Source: Methanotrichaceae archaeon
Lineage (GTDB): Archaea; Halobacteriota; Methanosarcinia; Methanotrichales; Methanotrichaceae
Assembly (NCBI GenBank): GCA_963803145.1
Contig: CAWDLW010000026.1
Location: 1-64,000, forward strand
DNA: 64,000 nt
Reading direction: 5' to 3'
The position numbers and the translations under genes were made by a program. Within the stretch, counting starts at the first letter, position 1. Each line of letters starts with the position of its first letter. This document shows positions 40,568 to 51,763 of this stretch, one piece after another. The notes beneath the pieces were generated by a model, which was not told where the DNA came from, did no database searches, and worked only from the letters and a program-made list of their open reading frames with translations.

Positions 40568-41446
40568 TTGGAAATCCGGAAAGGACGTGCAGCCTTGAAT
40601 ACTCATGAAAGTACAAAAGAGCATTATCTGGCCCTATTATTTATTATCCTGGCTGTGCTGTTCTGGGGATATTCCTTCATAAGCACAAAGACAGTTTTGA
40701 CTCAGATTCCTCCGATATCGATAGCCTTCTTTAGGCAAATCATTGCAACAATAGTGCTGAATCCTTTAGCTTTATACACAAGATGCATGCCTAAAATGGC
40801 CTTACGCGATCTGATGTTAGCTGTAGGGGCTGGCTTTTTCGGGATAGTTATGTACTTTGTATTCGAAAATTCAGGCCTTCAATATACAACAGCATCAAAT
40901 GCCTCTATGATAGTCTCAGCATTGCCTGTATTTACTCTGATCAGCGAAGCGATTCTCTTCAGGCTAAATGTTAATTGGAAGATGATCGTTTGCCTCGCAA
41001 TTTCAATAATCGGCGTCTCGCTAGTTGTAACTATCGATGATTTGCTGGGTAATATACAACATATTAAACAGGCGGCTGGATAAGAAGTATCCAAGCATAA
41101 CAGTCATCGCCTACCAATCCATGGCAAGCATCTTTCTTTATATTCCCTTCGTCCTTTCTGAGAAAAATCGCTGGCATGGTCTCGGGGCGCTCTCAGTCCA
41201 ATCTCTTGAGAACTTGTTCTTCCTTGGCATATTCTGCTCTGCAATTTCATACTTTTTTACGTGTATGCTGCTAAAAGGCTTGGCATAACTATTTCCTCAA
41301 CCTTCCTCAACCTGATACCAGTGATAACAACGATCTTCGGCTATATCGTTCTGCAAGAAAGATTGATCCCCATGCAGATATTCGGAATGGGCCTTATTAT
41401 AGCCAGCATCTACGAGTTGAACAGAACTGTTTCCAGACCTTCATAA
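40568..41446 (+). pseudogene. EamA/DMT transporter in three frameshifted pieces
   Basis: FWGYSFIS, GLQYTTASNA and LG...SSTFLNLIPV split across ORFs at 40568, 41037 and 41261. Confidence 0.85.
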
Positions 41447-41467
41447 ACGATGAATGATGACGATACC

Positions 41468-42559
41468 TTAGTTCTCTGTTGCTTTTAGGTCCTGTATATT
41501 GCTGCTGTTCTGTTTATCGCTGCTATTATTGCTAATACAATTCTGCTCCTCAGAGACCGTTTGGTATATGCCCATCAATATGCCCATTACAGCCGGTGCA
41601 ATGAAAAAGCCGGCTATACCTGCAACTATTCCGCCTCCCAGAAAGGAGAGCAACACAAGCAAAGGATGTAGAGATGACTTGGTATAGACAATGTAGGGCC
41701 TTATGACCAGCTCTGCCACATGCACCAATATAGAGCCAGCCAAAAAGAACAGTAATGCATCCACAGGCCCAACGGCAATATACCTGCTTATTGCAGTCGG
41801 GATGAAAACGAGCCAGGTAAGAAACGGCACAAGCCCGGCTAGGAAGACTATACATGCCATAGCAAAAGGCCTGGGAACTCCAAAGAGATAGAAGATGCCT
41901 ATAGAAGTGATTCCGCCTGCGATTGCTGTATAGATGCTGCCGAGATAGATACCGGATAGAATCGAGTCTATCCTCGTGAGGCATCTCCTTTGAATGCCAG
42001 TGTTTTCATATGGCAGAAGCAACATTGCAGCGTTCTCTAGCCTTCTTCCATCCATCAGGAGGAAGTAGCATACGGGCAGGGAGATCAGGAAGTTTATGAT
42101 TCCCAGAGACAATGATCTGCCAATATTTGCAAAGGGAAGGCTCGCGATGAAAGGCGCTATAACCCCCAGTACATTCTGCAAGCTTCCAAATAGCTCACTA
42201 AGCATGAAATGAGATAGCGGAAGGGTTGATATGAACCCTAAAACTGCGCTGAAAATCTCTGCCCTGTGCGCCTCAATCCAGATCGTCTGGCTTACTGCCT
42301 CACTCACTCCGAGTGCAAAGATCAAGGATAGAGGTATCACAATGCATAGCGTTCCCGCAAGTGACCCGAGCATTCGTCTCTTCCCAAATAGGTGTTTGAT
42401 CGGTCGGCCAACGTAAGCAAAGACTACGCCCAGGACAATGCCGTCAAGTAAAGGAAATATTAAATAGGATATTAGAATGAACAAAGCTAAGGCTATAATT
42501 GAAAGCCATCCTCTCTCGCCAAGCCTTTGCAGATTGATTTTCATAGGCAGAATTATCAC
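41468..42559 (-). CDS. AI-2E family transporter
   Basis: TM pattern; YFLLMDG, IRPYI...HPLLVLLSFLGG. Confidence 0.88.
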   Translation of the reverse strand: MIILPMKINLQRLGERGWLSIIALALFILISYLIFPLLDGIVLGVVFAYVGRPIKHLFGKRRMLGSLAGTLCIVIPLSLIFALGVSEAVSQTIWIEAHRAEIFSAVLGFISTLPLSHFMLSELFGSLQNVLGVIAPFIASLPFANIGRSLSLGIINFLISLPVCYFLLMDGRRLENAAMLLLPYENTGIQRRCLTRIDSILSGIYLGSIYTAIAGGITSIGIFYLFGVPRPFAMACIVFLAGLVPFLTWLVFIPTAISRYIAVGPVDALLFFLAGSILVHVAELVIRPYIVYTKSSLHPLLVLLSFLGGGIVAGIAGFFIAPAVMGILMGIYQTVSEEQNCISNNSSDKQNSSNIQDLKATEN

Positions 42560-42626
42560 CTATCAGGACGCTATGAATATTTAGCTTTTGGGAATAAATC
42601 CTTAGAAAACCCTAAGAGGTAGAGCT

Positions 42627-43238
42627 ATGGATGATATAAAGCCAAGCCGCTGGTACTATGCGCTCGCCGCTTTAGTGGTCGTTGCCGGCGGGCTCATATT
42701 TTTCTTATATTTATTTTCTAGCCTTGATAACGTAAGTAAGGGCTTGACGCAGATCACAGTTCCCGGAAACGGAGACCTTCTCCTCCAAAATGGTAAGTAC
42801 ACAGTATTTTATGAGAGCGAGAGCATAGTGGGCAACAGGATCTATTCTACAGCAGGCCAGGATATTTCCGGCCTCCAGATTGAGCTTAAAAACAAATCTA
42901 CAGGCATAAAAATTCCTGCGGATGCAACTCAAGGCAACACTACATACAGCATCGGAGGCCGTTCTGGAAGATCGGTAATGGAGTTCGTTATAGATCGACA
43001 GGGGATCTACGAGCTGTCTGCATGGTATCCCAGTGGAAGCGGACCAGAAATAGTCCTTGCAATTGAAAAAGATCCCTTTGATAACCTTATGTCGATGATA
43101 ATAGTCGGGATTGCAATAGATTTCGGGTCGATATTAGTCGCTATAACAATCGTTGTAGCTGTTTACCAGAGGAGAAGAAGGGCGGGACAAAGGCTCAAAG
43201 AAGAGGTAGAAGCCCTGAGAGGAAAAGGGCTGTCTTAA
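42627..43238 (+). CDS. Membrane protein with two TMs flanking an extracellular beta domain
   Basis: N- and C-terminal hydrophobic helices, RRRR stop-transfer. Confidence 0.75.
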   Translation: MDDIKPSRWYYALAALVVVAGGLIFFLYLFSSLDNVSKGLTQITVPGNGDLLLQNGKYTVFYESESIVGNRIYSTAGQDISGLQIELKNKSTGIKIPADATQGNTTYSIGGRSGRSVMEFVIDRQGIYELSAWYPSGSGPEIVLAIEKDPFDNLMSMIIVGIAIDFGSILVAITIVVAVYQRRRRAGQRLKEEVEALRGKGLS

Positions 43239-43414
43239 ATGAGATATTATTTCTCTAAGCGTTATACTTCTTTATTTTATATTCTACCCAAGCACTGTCT
43301 TAATTCTGAGGGCCACTCCTGCCGTATTGACAAAGACCTACAAGAAGATCATTGTGTTCATTTTTGCTACGTTTTGCGCCGCAAAAAATTGATGAAAAAA
43401 AGATTGAAAATTGA

Positions 43415-45001
43415 TTAATTTATTCCTTTGAAGCACTCATTCAAATGCTCCTGGCTTGGAGGCTTGGTCATCAGACTCACTACTATTGTAGACAGGATTG
43501 CCAGCGGGAAGGCAATAACCAGCGGGTCGACTACAGGCCAGGGCATCTGAGTTATAAGGACATCTCTCCCCAAGAGCAGCTTCGCTATTCCTAGAGGTGC
43601 TGATTCTGCCTTATGTATGAATAAGTACCAGAAGAGGGTTACGAATGCACCAGTGACCAGGCCTGCTATCGCCCCAGCCTTTGTTGCCCGCCTCCAGTAT
43701 AGGGCAGATGTAAACATGGGCAGGAATGAAGCAGCGCAAAGGCCGAAGAATATAGCTGTGCCCCGGGCGATAATATTGCCAGGAAGTATGTATCCAAGGA
43801 TTACCGCAATTAGCACGGCCAGAGTGATGCCAATCCTGGATATTAGTACTGAACTCTTGCCCTTCTTGCCTGTTAAAGTCTCGTACATATCCCTGCCTAT
43901 TGCGATTCCTTGCACGTGGAACTGAGAGCTGGATGTGGACATGGCCGCCGCCAGAAGGGTCAGCAAAAAGACATAGACGAACCACTCGGGCATTGCAGCA
44001 TTTATGAAAATAGGTATGATGCTGTCTGCATTTCCTCCCGCTGCTGCTATTGCGAGCTTTCCCTGAGTTTGTAGGAAAAAGACATTAGACAAAGCGCCGA
44101 CAACGAAGGCAACCCCAGTCATGGCCAGGATGAATATGCCTCCGATAACCACGCCACGGTTGATCTCTCTATTGGACTTGACAGTCATGAACCTGATGAC
44201 CAGTTGCGGCATGGCGATGGCACCGATTCCTACGCCCATAACTATAGTCGACATCAAAGTCCACCACCACGGACTTCCGAAGATTGGCATTGACGTCCAG
44301 CCAGTTTGCCCTGCTGCTGCAGATGTTTTAGGCACCATTGAGGCCATGTTCGTCAGAGCCTGGTGAGCCGCAGTTATTCCTCCAAGATGGGAATAAGTAA
44401 AGACCAGCAGTATGATCATGCCGACGAACATTATCGTTCCCTGCATGGCATCGGTGTACATGACTCCTTTTAGTCCGCCGAAAATCACATAAGCTGCGAT
44501 TATAATTGTGTATATCAACAACGCTATGTTATAATCTATATTCAGGGTTGTTTTAATGAACTGAGCCGCTCCTATTATTACGGCCGCTGCGTACATGGGC
44601 ATGCCTACGAATATTACAAAACCGCTGAAATATTGGACGAACTTGCTGTCAAACCGCCTTGCCAGCAGCTCGGGAAAAGTCATGGCTCTCAGGTTGTGTC
44701 CCATCTTCCTGGTGCGCTTTCCGTAGACTATAAAGGCCAGGAATATCCCAACGAAGATGTTGAGCAGAGTCAGCCACAACAGGGCCATGCCGTAGACGCC
44801 TGCAACTCCACCGAAGCCCACTATGGCAGATGTGCTGATGAATGTCGCTCCATAGCTCATGGCCATTATGTAGGGATGGGCTTTCCTGTCCGCCAACATG
44901 TAGCCTTCGGCACTCTTGGTCATCTTCCAGCCCCTGTAGCCCAGGAACGCGGTGAGCAGCAGATAAATCAAGATAATTACATCAAGGAGAAGAAAATTCA
45001 T
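43415..45001 (-). CDS. Sodium:solute symporter family protein
   Basis: ATFISTSAIVG, GGLKGVMYTD, LAAAMST motifs. Confidence 0.95.
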   Translation of the reverse strand: MNFLLLDVIILIYLLLTAFLGYRGWKMTKSAEGYMLADRKAHPYIMAMSYGATFISTSAIVGFGGVAGVYGMALLWLTLLNIFVGIFLAFIVYGKRTRKMGHNLRAMTFPELLARRFDSKFVQYFSGFVIFVGMPMYAAAVIIGAAQFIKTTLNIDYNIALLIYTIIIAAYVIFGGLKGVMYTDAMQGTIMFVGMIILLVFTYSHLGGITAAHQALTNMASMVPKTSAAAGQTGWTSMPIFGSPWWWTLMSTIVMGVGIGAIAMPQLVIRFMTVKSNREINRGVVIGGIFILAMTGVAFVVGALSNVFFLQTQGKLAIAAAGGNADSIIPIFINAAMPEWFVYVFLLTLLAAAMSTSSSQFHVQGIAIGRDMYETLTGKKGKSSVLISRIGITLAVLIAVILGYILPGNIIARGTAIFFGLCAASFLPMFTSALYWRRATKAGAIAGLVTGAFVTLFWYLFIHKAESAPLGIAKLLLGRDVLITQMPWPVVDPLVIAFPLAILSTIVVSLMTKPPSQEHLNECFKGIN

Positions 45002-45007
45002 CTAATA

Positions 45008-45208
45008 TCACGCCCCTATTTCCTTTTCCTGCATTTCTTCCTCTTTTGCTTCCCAGGCTAACTCCTCGGCAGCCTCCTCAGCTTCGGCTTCTGCGCCTTT
45101 ATTCCAGTTGATCAGACCATATACAACGCACAATAAAGTGCTTAAAATGCATAGGAGATATACAGCCAATATCACAGGATCATCTATACCCAGCACGATG
45201 ACACCCAC
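45008..45208 (-). CDS. Symporter small accessory membrane protein
   Basis: LGIDDP.I...Y.L...S..LCVVYGLINWNKG, directly upstream of the symporter gene. Confidence 0.85.
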   Translation of the reverse strand: MGVIVLGIDDPVILAVYLLCILSTLLCVVYGLINWNKGAEAEAEEAAEELAWEAKEEEMQEKEIGA

Positions 45209-45483
45209 CTAACGCTTGCAGCTATCATTGCTAGCTTTGAATTCACTAAGCTGTGATAGCGTGCTACTTTTTACCATGATATTAAATAGCATATTATAAG
45301 GATGTCGGTCAACATTAAACGTTAGGGATCAATAAGAAGATCAGAATAAGCTTCTCACTATAATAATTGCATTAGGTGACAGCGATCAATCTTGGGCTTT
45401 TTTTGGTCCATTGTTAGGGTTCACCTTTCTCAACTGTATGGAACCAAGCGCTTCCAGGTAAATATATTTTCAATCTGGCGGAA

Positions 45484-46314
45484 TTAATTACCAAAGGCAG
45501 GTGGGATATCGCCTGCCGGGGTTTTTTCCATATGAAGAAGCACGGCATATTTGCCATTATACTCATCACTGCTCATAGTCAGCTCGCCTTTGCCTTCCAA
45601 GCCCTCCTCAGAAGCGGCTAATGTGACTTCAATGTGTCCCACGATTATTGTATTATCGATAGTATCATCTGGTTTTAGGTGAAGCTTGGCTACATCTGCA
45701 TCAACAACGGTGGAGTTATTTTTGGATGGTAAGAGCTCAATATTTATAAGGGGATAATTGACTTCGTTTATTCCAATGCTCCCCCGAGCGGCAGTAGCTC
45801 CCGCCGCTGCACGGAGTTCACCTTTTATATCTTCTATGCTCTTATTGGAGGTCATTAGATCCCTCAAATGCACAGGATCCACATTTTTGATAAGATCAAT
45901 GTTCATCATCAGAACATTTCTCTTATTAGCATTCGAGGCAAAGCCATTTCCGTTAAAGAGTTGAATTACAATATCGCCTTCATTTGGTTTTTCCTGGTTT
46001 GGCTTTCCTTCATTTGGCTTCTCTTGGCTTGGCCTTTCTTGAATTGGCGTTTCTTGAATTGGTTTTGCATCATTTGGCTTCGGCAAGATATTATCGGACA
46101 CAGGAGCTGGCCCAAAGGGCTGTGGAGAGCTCTCTTTTGTCACACCATCAGGCGGGGCTTCCGGCCCAAAACTAGTTGATGGCTCTCCGAATGCATTGAC
46201 TACGCTAGGGCCCCCTACTTCGAGATTATTTTGTGGCGACTCAGCGAAGCTTGTCTCGAACACGCAGGCAAGCAGTAGCATTATCAGCCCTATATGAAGA
46301 ACATCCGATTTCAT
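45484..46314 (-). CDS. Secreted protein with Pro/Glu/Gln repeat linker
   Basis: Signal peptide from MKSDVLH; QEKPNEG repeats. Confidence 0.7.
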   Translation of the reverse strand: MKSDVLHIGLIMLLLACVFETSFAESPQNNLEVGGPSVVNAFGEPSTSFGPEAPPDGVTKESSPQPFGPAPVSDNILPKPNDAKPIQETPIQERPSQEKPNEGKPNQEKPNEGDIVIQLFNGNGFASNANKRNVLMMNIDLIKNVDPVHLRDLMTSNKSIEDIKGELRAAAGATAARGSIGINEVNYPLINIELLPSKNNSTVVDADVAKLHLKPDDTIDNTIIVGHIEVTLAASEEGLEGKGELTMSSDEYNGKYAVLLHMEKTPAGDIPPAFGN

Positions 46315-46445
46315 TCTAGCAGTGGCAGCGCTCCCTTTGAATCCAAATGGAACTAATATAAACTGAGTTACACCTCCAAGCTTCTGCTTTAGCTTTATAT
46401 CCATTGGTGATTCCCCATTTCCTATAGCATATGCCAATCAAATAT

Positions 46446-47070
46446 TTATTCGGCTCGCAAAGCCCCAGTACGATAAGGCTTTGCAGCTTTGTTCGCAGGA
46501 TAGATGCCTGCCATTGCTGTAGTCTGCATCCCGAACATCAGCCCAACTAGTCTTGATATCATGGGTTTCATATATTACTTAATTCCTGTCAGACCTTTAT
46601 ATCATCAATACTTGCACTGTTTTTTGCCTGCCACCTCCTGCAGGCTCATTCCAACCGCCCCAAGCCTGTCAAAATAAGGCATATCCGATAGAATACAGAA
46701 AGCCACATACCACCAGTAGAAAATCAATTTAAGTTATGGATAATCCCTTCGATAGCTCCATAAATACAGAATAGCCAGAACTTGTGCCGCGAGGGATTAA
46801 AGTATGCATTTCGTTTGCCCATTGCTACCATCCTGGCCCGACTAGAACAGCAATCAGGAAAATGCCGATAATTGCTCCGAGTACAAGAAAAGCTTCAACC
46901 AGGAATGCATTCACAAAACTAAGCCATCCTCTGATGAGGCTCTTGATGGACTGGATCGAGCTGCTAATTAAAATGCTGCCACTCTGTGCTCCTCGATAAA
47001 TTTGGCTGCCGGTAAATTGCTTATTTGGTCTATTTCTTTCTATCATATCCAGTTCATTTATCTCAATCAT
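46446..47070 (-). pseudogene. Decayed ABC transporter permease (MacB/FtsX-like) remnant
   Basis: FLVEAFLVLGAIIG and C-terminal AGIYPANKAAK...ALRAE* separated by stops and frameshifts. Confidence 0.55.
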
Positions 47071-47220
47071 TCTCTAATCACTTGAAGAGTTGGCCATCGG
47101 TAGGTGCCTCATAGTAATCTAAATGCTTAACTACCTCTGGCGGAAAGATGCGGGTAACCTGGTGGAGGCCTTTTCAGTTTTGCGAATCAAGGGGAATCCA
47201 TCAGGCCAATACCTTCAAAT

Positions 47221-47553
47221 TTAAGCGCTCTTATTAAGATAAACGTCACCGTAGTCCGTTTTGGTAACATTATAGTTCAGTTTAAGTGTTCTGTAGCCTG
47301 TCTTAGTGAATATGAACTGCCAAGTCCCAGGCTTACCGCTTAGGGCTGCAGCACCATTTGATTTTGTTGTGCCTGTAAAACTGTTCCCTGCAGCATCATG
47401 CCCAGTTATCTGGACGCCAGATAGAGCCGTACCATTGTAGCTTCCTTCATGGACGTATACTGTAAAGGTAACTTGTCCCTGAGCGAATGCGGTTATCGTT
47501 ATGCTACATATTGCTAGACATATTAATGCCGCTAGATGATAGCCATTTCTCAT
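47221..47553 (-). CDS. Small secreted prealbumin-fold (carboxypeptidase regulatory-like) protein
   Basis: Signal peptide; LSGVQI...GTT.SNG...PGTWQF...KTGY. Confidence 0.75.
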   Translation of the reverse strand: MRNGYHLAALICLAICSITITAFAQGQVTFTVYVHEGSYNGTALSGVQITGHDAAGNSFTGTTKSNGAAALSGKPGTWQFIFTKTGYRTLKLNYNVTKTDYGDVYLNKSA

Positions 47554-47621
47554 ATCAGTTTTCTCCTAATTTTGCGTCTCATATCATTAACTTTTAATCC
47601 AAATGTTTCGAAAGTAAGTGG

Positions 47622-48204
47622 TCAGGAAAAACTATCCTGACCATAATTGTTGTCATCTGAGACTATAACTGCCCTGACGCCATCATGGTTACCCACGTCA
47701 ACCATCATAGACTTAATCGGCCTATCGCATGGATTTGGCATGTCATCAGGTCCCATAGGCTTCTGCAATCTAAATGGGTCAAGGAATCTCATCAGGTCCC
47801 ATAGGCTGCTGACCATCGGACGGGAAAGGCATGCCATCAGGTCCCATCATCGGCTTAATAGGCTTATTATCTGGGAGCGGCATGCCATCAGGTACTATAG
47901 GCTTTTGGCCATCGCATGGGAGCGGCTTACCGTCCGGTCCTATAACTATCGGGCCATCGCATGGGTTCCATTTGCCATCAGGTCCGATGGGCTTCTGACC
48001 ATCGGATGGGTTCCATTTATCATCTGATCCAATAGGCTTCTGACCATCGGATGGGTTCCATTTATCATCTGGTCCAATAGGCTTCTGACCATCGGATGGG
48101 ATCTGCTTGTCATTTGGTCCCATATTATTATCTGGCATCGAAAAGGCCGTCATAGTGAGAACACACATAACTGCCAATGCCATCAAGATTTTTACATATT
48201 TCAT
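47622..48204 (-). pseudogene. Secreted Pro/Gly/Asp tandem-repeat protein with a 1-bp frameshift
   Basis: 15-aa repeats PSDGQKPIGPDDKWN; the stop at 47779 is bypassed by deleting one T, after which the repeats continue (QKPMGPDDMPNPCD). Confidence 0.7.
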
Positions 48205-48274
48205 AAAACTGTTCCTCCAATCAAGATAGACTCTAACTTTTTGGCTGAGCCATCTTGCAAAACCCTCTTTTTTC

Positions 48275-48342
48275 GAACGATATAAAAAAGGGTAGCTGAA
48301 CGAACGCTGAACGAGCGATAAATTGAATCAGAACGACAACGA
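48275..48342 (-). promoter_or_regulatory. Clustered CGTTC motifs around a TTTTATA box
   Basis: GAACG on + at 48275, 48298, 48302, 48309 and 48331, flanking tataaaaa (48281-48288). Confidence 0.4.
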
Positions 48343-48514
48343 TTAATTCCTCTAAAAAATGGGCCGTTTTTCCTGAAAATTGCTAAGATGGGGCAGTTCG
48401 ACTTATTTCGTACTTTCTCAGAGGTTATAAATCTATAATAGCTTCATCCCACCAGAAATAAAATTATCCAGTTAGAAATATATTAAGTCTTTATATAAAT
48501 AAAAAGGATTAGGG

Positions 48515-49729
48515 TCATCTTTTCTTCGATAAGAACCATTCTGAAAGTTCTATTACGTTAGTCCGGCCCCATTCTTTCTTGGTTACGAGCTTTCGCCTCT
48601 CCAAAGAGTTAATTATGCCTGCCAGGGATGACTTGGCCATGTGAGTCTCATACCTCAGATCTCTCTGGGTGCTCCTGCCGCCACGGTCAATCAGTGCCTG
48701 AAGTATGGCGCGCTCCCTTGGAGTCAGGGTCTCCATCACAGCGGCCATATCGCTGGAGACCTCGATCTTCTCTATAGAGGTCGTAAGATCTGGATTCTCT
48801 GCCTCCGTCATTGCTTCTTCCTCATCCTCTACTTCCACTTCTTCTGACTCCTCGAGCTCAGAAGGTATGTGCTCTTCATAATGAGGCGCCTGTCCCGATG
48901 ACAGTTCCAGAGGCGCAATATTTTCTACCAAGGCTCCTGTCTCAGAGACAGTATCGCTGGTGCTCTCGGCCTCTGCTATAAATGTATTCGAGTGCTGTGT
49001 TCCTGCTCCAGCCATCACATCTTTCATCTCTGTGGACTTTTCAGATTCCACAGATTTAGCAGATATAATCCCTTTAGAAGGCTTAGCGCTATCCAGGCCT
49101 GAAACTGGCTTTTCGACATCCTCTATGGATGGGCCTTGTGGTCGCCGGGTTATGTAGCGCCATCCTAAAGCAGCTGCAGCTCCCACGACCAGTATCAAAA
49201 TTAGGAGTAACAGATCTGTTGGTCTAAATATTGGGGGGGGCCTAGCTTCCAAGGGCTGCATGTACTCTATGCTAGCTACTGGATCCAAAACACCATATCC
49301 CTGGAAGTCCAGGGTCAGCGAATCGTTGGAAGTAGTGACAAAATATTCCAGCCCTTTAGAGCGGCTTACATTCTTAACCTTGAAGTCACTGGGAAGGTAA
49401 AAGGTAACGCGATAATCCTCATAGCGGCCGGGTGACTCGAAAATTATAGCCCAGGTATCACCCTCTTTTCGGGTCAAAGCATTAGTTAGGGCGTAAAGCT
49501 GGGAAGTCTTATTCTCGTAGCTATACTGCGAGGAGTTTAGAAAAGCCCACCTTTCTGGGTTTTCGGCATAGCCTGTCACTAAAGCGTTTCCCGTGCCATC
49601 TAGATATATGTTGAGGCTCAGCTTAGAAGCCTCTTCTGAGCTAATGCCCTGCCCTAGAGCAAGTAGGGCTTCTGTGGCGAAGGCTATGGAGAAAAGAAAT
49701 ACTGTGACTATGTAAATTCTCCTCATCAT
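48515..49729 (-). CDS. Membrane-anchored wHTH transcriptional regulator (COG2512-like)
   Basis: Signal peptide, extracellular domain, TM, acidic linker, then LTPRERAIL...STQRDL...KSSL...LERR.LV.K...GRTN. Confidence 0.85.
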   Translation of the reverse strand: MMRRIYIVTVFLFSIAFATEALLALGQGISSEEASKLSLNIYLDGTGNALVTGYAENPERWAFLNSSQYSYENKTSQLYALTNALTRKEGDTWAIIFESPGRYEDYRVTFYLPSDFKVKNVSRSKGLEYFVTTSNDSLTLDFQGYGVLDPVASIEYMQPLEARPPPIFRPTDLLLLILILVVGAAAALGWRYITRRPQGPSIEDVEKPVSGLDSAKPSKGIISAKSVESEKSTEMKDVMAGAGTQHSNTFIAEAESTSDTVSETGALVENIAPLELSSGQAPHYEEHIPSELEESEEVEVEDEEEAMTEAENPDLTTSIEKIEVSSDMAAVMETLTPRERAILQALIDRGGRSTQRDLRYETHMAKSSLAGIINSLERRKLVTKKEWGRTNVIELSEWFLSKKR

Positions 49730-49962
49730 GGCAGAAACCTTCAGCCATTTCTTTGCCTTAAGCTATTTAAATTGCAGAGTATGAGGTTAGATACCGCTGA
49801 CAAGTGTTAGAATGAATGATTATATGCCAAGCCTGTGAGAACTCAAGATCTTAATGTCTAAGTTCAATGTTTACTCGTAAATTCGCTGGGATTCCCGTCC
49901 TGCATATCAGTTGAATCTGGCAGAAGGGATGCCCAAGATGCAATCGATCAATAATCTACGTC

Positions 49963-50274
49963 TTATGCGTAACCTATATCGAAAGCTATTGGCGTAGATT
50001 TGGATATGCAATCTTTCCCATAATCAAGCGAGTCCTCCGCAACCTTTCTGAGTAGTGGAGGATATACTTCACCTACGATCTCCTGGACAGGACGCCCTCC
50101 ACAGAAGAACTTAAAGGTCGGCGTGGCCATAAAGCCATATCTTCCCACACTATACAATGCGAACATAGAGGATTGTAGAACATGACAGCAACAGGCAGCT
50201 TGCTTTTCTCGACAGCATCCTCCCAATGGCATCATCCAATTCTATAACGCTTCTCTCAAATATAGAAACTCCAT
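49963..50274 (-). pseudogene. Thioredoxin pseudogene
   Basis: VIELDDA / WEDAVEKSKLPVAVMFYNPLCSHC / YGFMATPTFKFF in different frames, with an internal deletion. Confidence 0.75.
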
Positions 50275-50503
50275 TTATTTGTTATATTCAGGAGTTACGC
50301 AGTTGAATTTCACATTGCTGATCTATGGATATAAAGTAGATAATTACGAGACTAAATCAGAATAATTGCCATCATTTAGGTAATTATTTTGAAAATAAGT
50401 ATCCTTCACTTGCTCAACTGAGTAACTCCTAATATTATGTCCATTTATCCTTTGCCATCAGCTTTTTCAACCATCAAGTAAAACCACAAGCCTTCCAGCA
50501 GGT

Positions 50504-51763
50504 TTGAGAGCGAGGGATCGATCTCGGGTGTATTTGGAGATAAATATATCAGCAATTGCCCTGGCAGCAGTTCTTGTTCTTATAGCAATAAGGCAAGTGG
50601 GCGGTCTCACGCTGCAGATCTGGCAGATAATGCTAGTAGGAGCCATCGCTGTTGTCCTGACAAACCAGATTTCTATCCAAGCAGCTCTGAAAGCAATCAA
50701 CCTTGATGTAATGATATTTCTGGCGGCTATGTTCATAATTGGAGAGGCGATGCAGGAAAGCGGATATCTCCTTCATGTCTCTTACAAGCTCTTTGGAAGA
50801 GCGCGAAGCGTGGACGAGCTGATATTGCTTATCCTCTTTGGAATCGGAAGCCTGTCCGCACTGCTGATGAACGATACACTGGCGATAGTAGGCACGCCTC
50901 TGATGCTCTATCTATCCAGAGTCCATCAGATAACTCCCAAGCTGCTTCTTCTGTCCCTGGCATTTGCCGTCACAACAGGAAGCGTAATGAGCCCTATTGG
51001 CAATCCCCAGAACCTTCTGATAGCGATAAATGGAGGACTCGCAGATCCTTTCATAGTATTTTTCAAGTTCCTCCTCATACCCACGGCTATAAACCTCCTT
51101 ATCGCCTACTTGATATTGAGGCTCTTTCATAAAGAGCAGTTCAGAAGCAGGCCTATAAACTGTATCCAAGAGCCTATTAAGGATCAGAGGCTTGCATTCT
51201 TATCAGAGATCTCATTTGCTTTACTGATAGTACTTGTAGCAGCAAAAATAGCTGCAGTGCTTCTTGGTGTTGGCGCTGAGTTCAGGCTGACTTATATAGC
51301 CCTGTTGTCTGCCCTGCCCATAGTACTTTTGAGCAAAAAAAGACTGGAGATCATAAGGAAGATAGATTGGCATACACTAATCTTTTTTGCGGCTATGTTC
51401 GTGCTGATGGAGAGCGTTTGGAGGTCGGGCCTATTCCAGTCCATCCTGGCCAATGCGAGTATAGACATTTATTCAACACCTACCATACTTGCGACGAGTG
51501 TGCTTCTAAGCCAGCTCATTTCCAACGTGCCATTTGTCGCACTTTATCAACCGCTTTTGACTGGAGCCTCCGTAAAAGATCTAATGGCTCTGGCAGCAGG
51601 CAGCACCATTGCGGGCAATCTCTTTATCCTTGGGGCAGCCAGCAATGTGATAATAATCCAGAATGCTGAGAAAAGCGGGGAGACTTTGACCTTTCTGGAC
51701 TTTGCCAAAGTTGGCATACCTCTAACTGCCGTCAACATACTGATATATTGGCTTTTTCTTTGA
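50504..51763 (+). CDS. ArsB/NhaD (CitMHS-like) anion transporter
   Basis: SALLMNDT, SPIGNPQN, ISNVP, GAASN motifs. Confidence 0.9.
   Translation: MRARDRSRVYLEINISAIALAAVLVLIAIRQVGGLTLQIWQIMLVGAIAVVLTNQISIQAALKAINLDVMIFLAAMFIIGEAMQESGYLLHVSYKLFGRARSVDELILLILFGIGSLSALLMNDTLAIVGTPLMLYLSRVHQITPKLLLLSLAFAVTTGSVMSPIGNPQNLLIAINGGLADPFIVFFKFLLIPTAINLLIAYLILRLFHKEQFRSRPINCIQEPIKDQRLAFLSEISFALLIVLVAAKIAAVLLGVGAEFRLTYIALLSALPIVLLSKKRLEIIRKIDWHTLIFFAAMFVLMESVWRSGLFQSILANASIDIYSTPTILATSVLLSQLISNVPFVALYQPLLTGASVKDLMALAAGSTIAGNLFILGAASNVIIIQNAEKSGETLTFLDFAKVGIPLTAVNILIYWLFL

Noticed and set aside
47779-48110. 45-bp repeats as a CRISPR array
   Set aside because: Head-to-tail coding repeats without unique spacers
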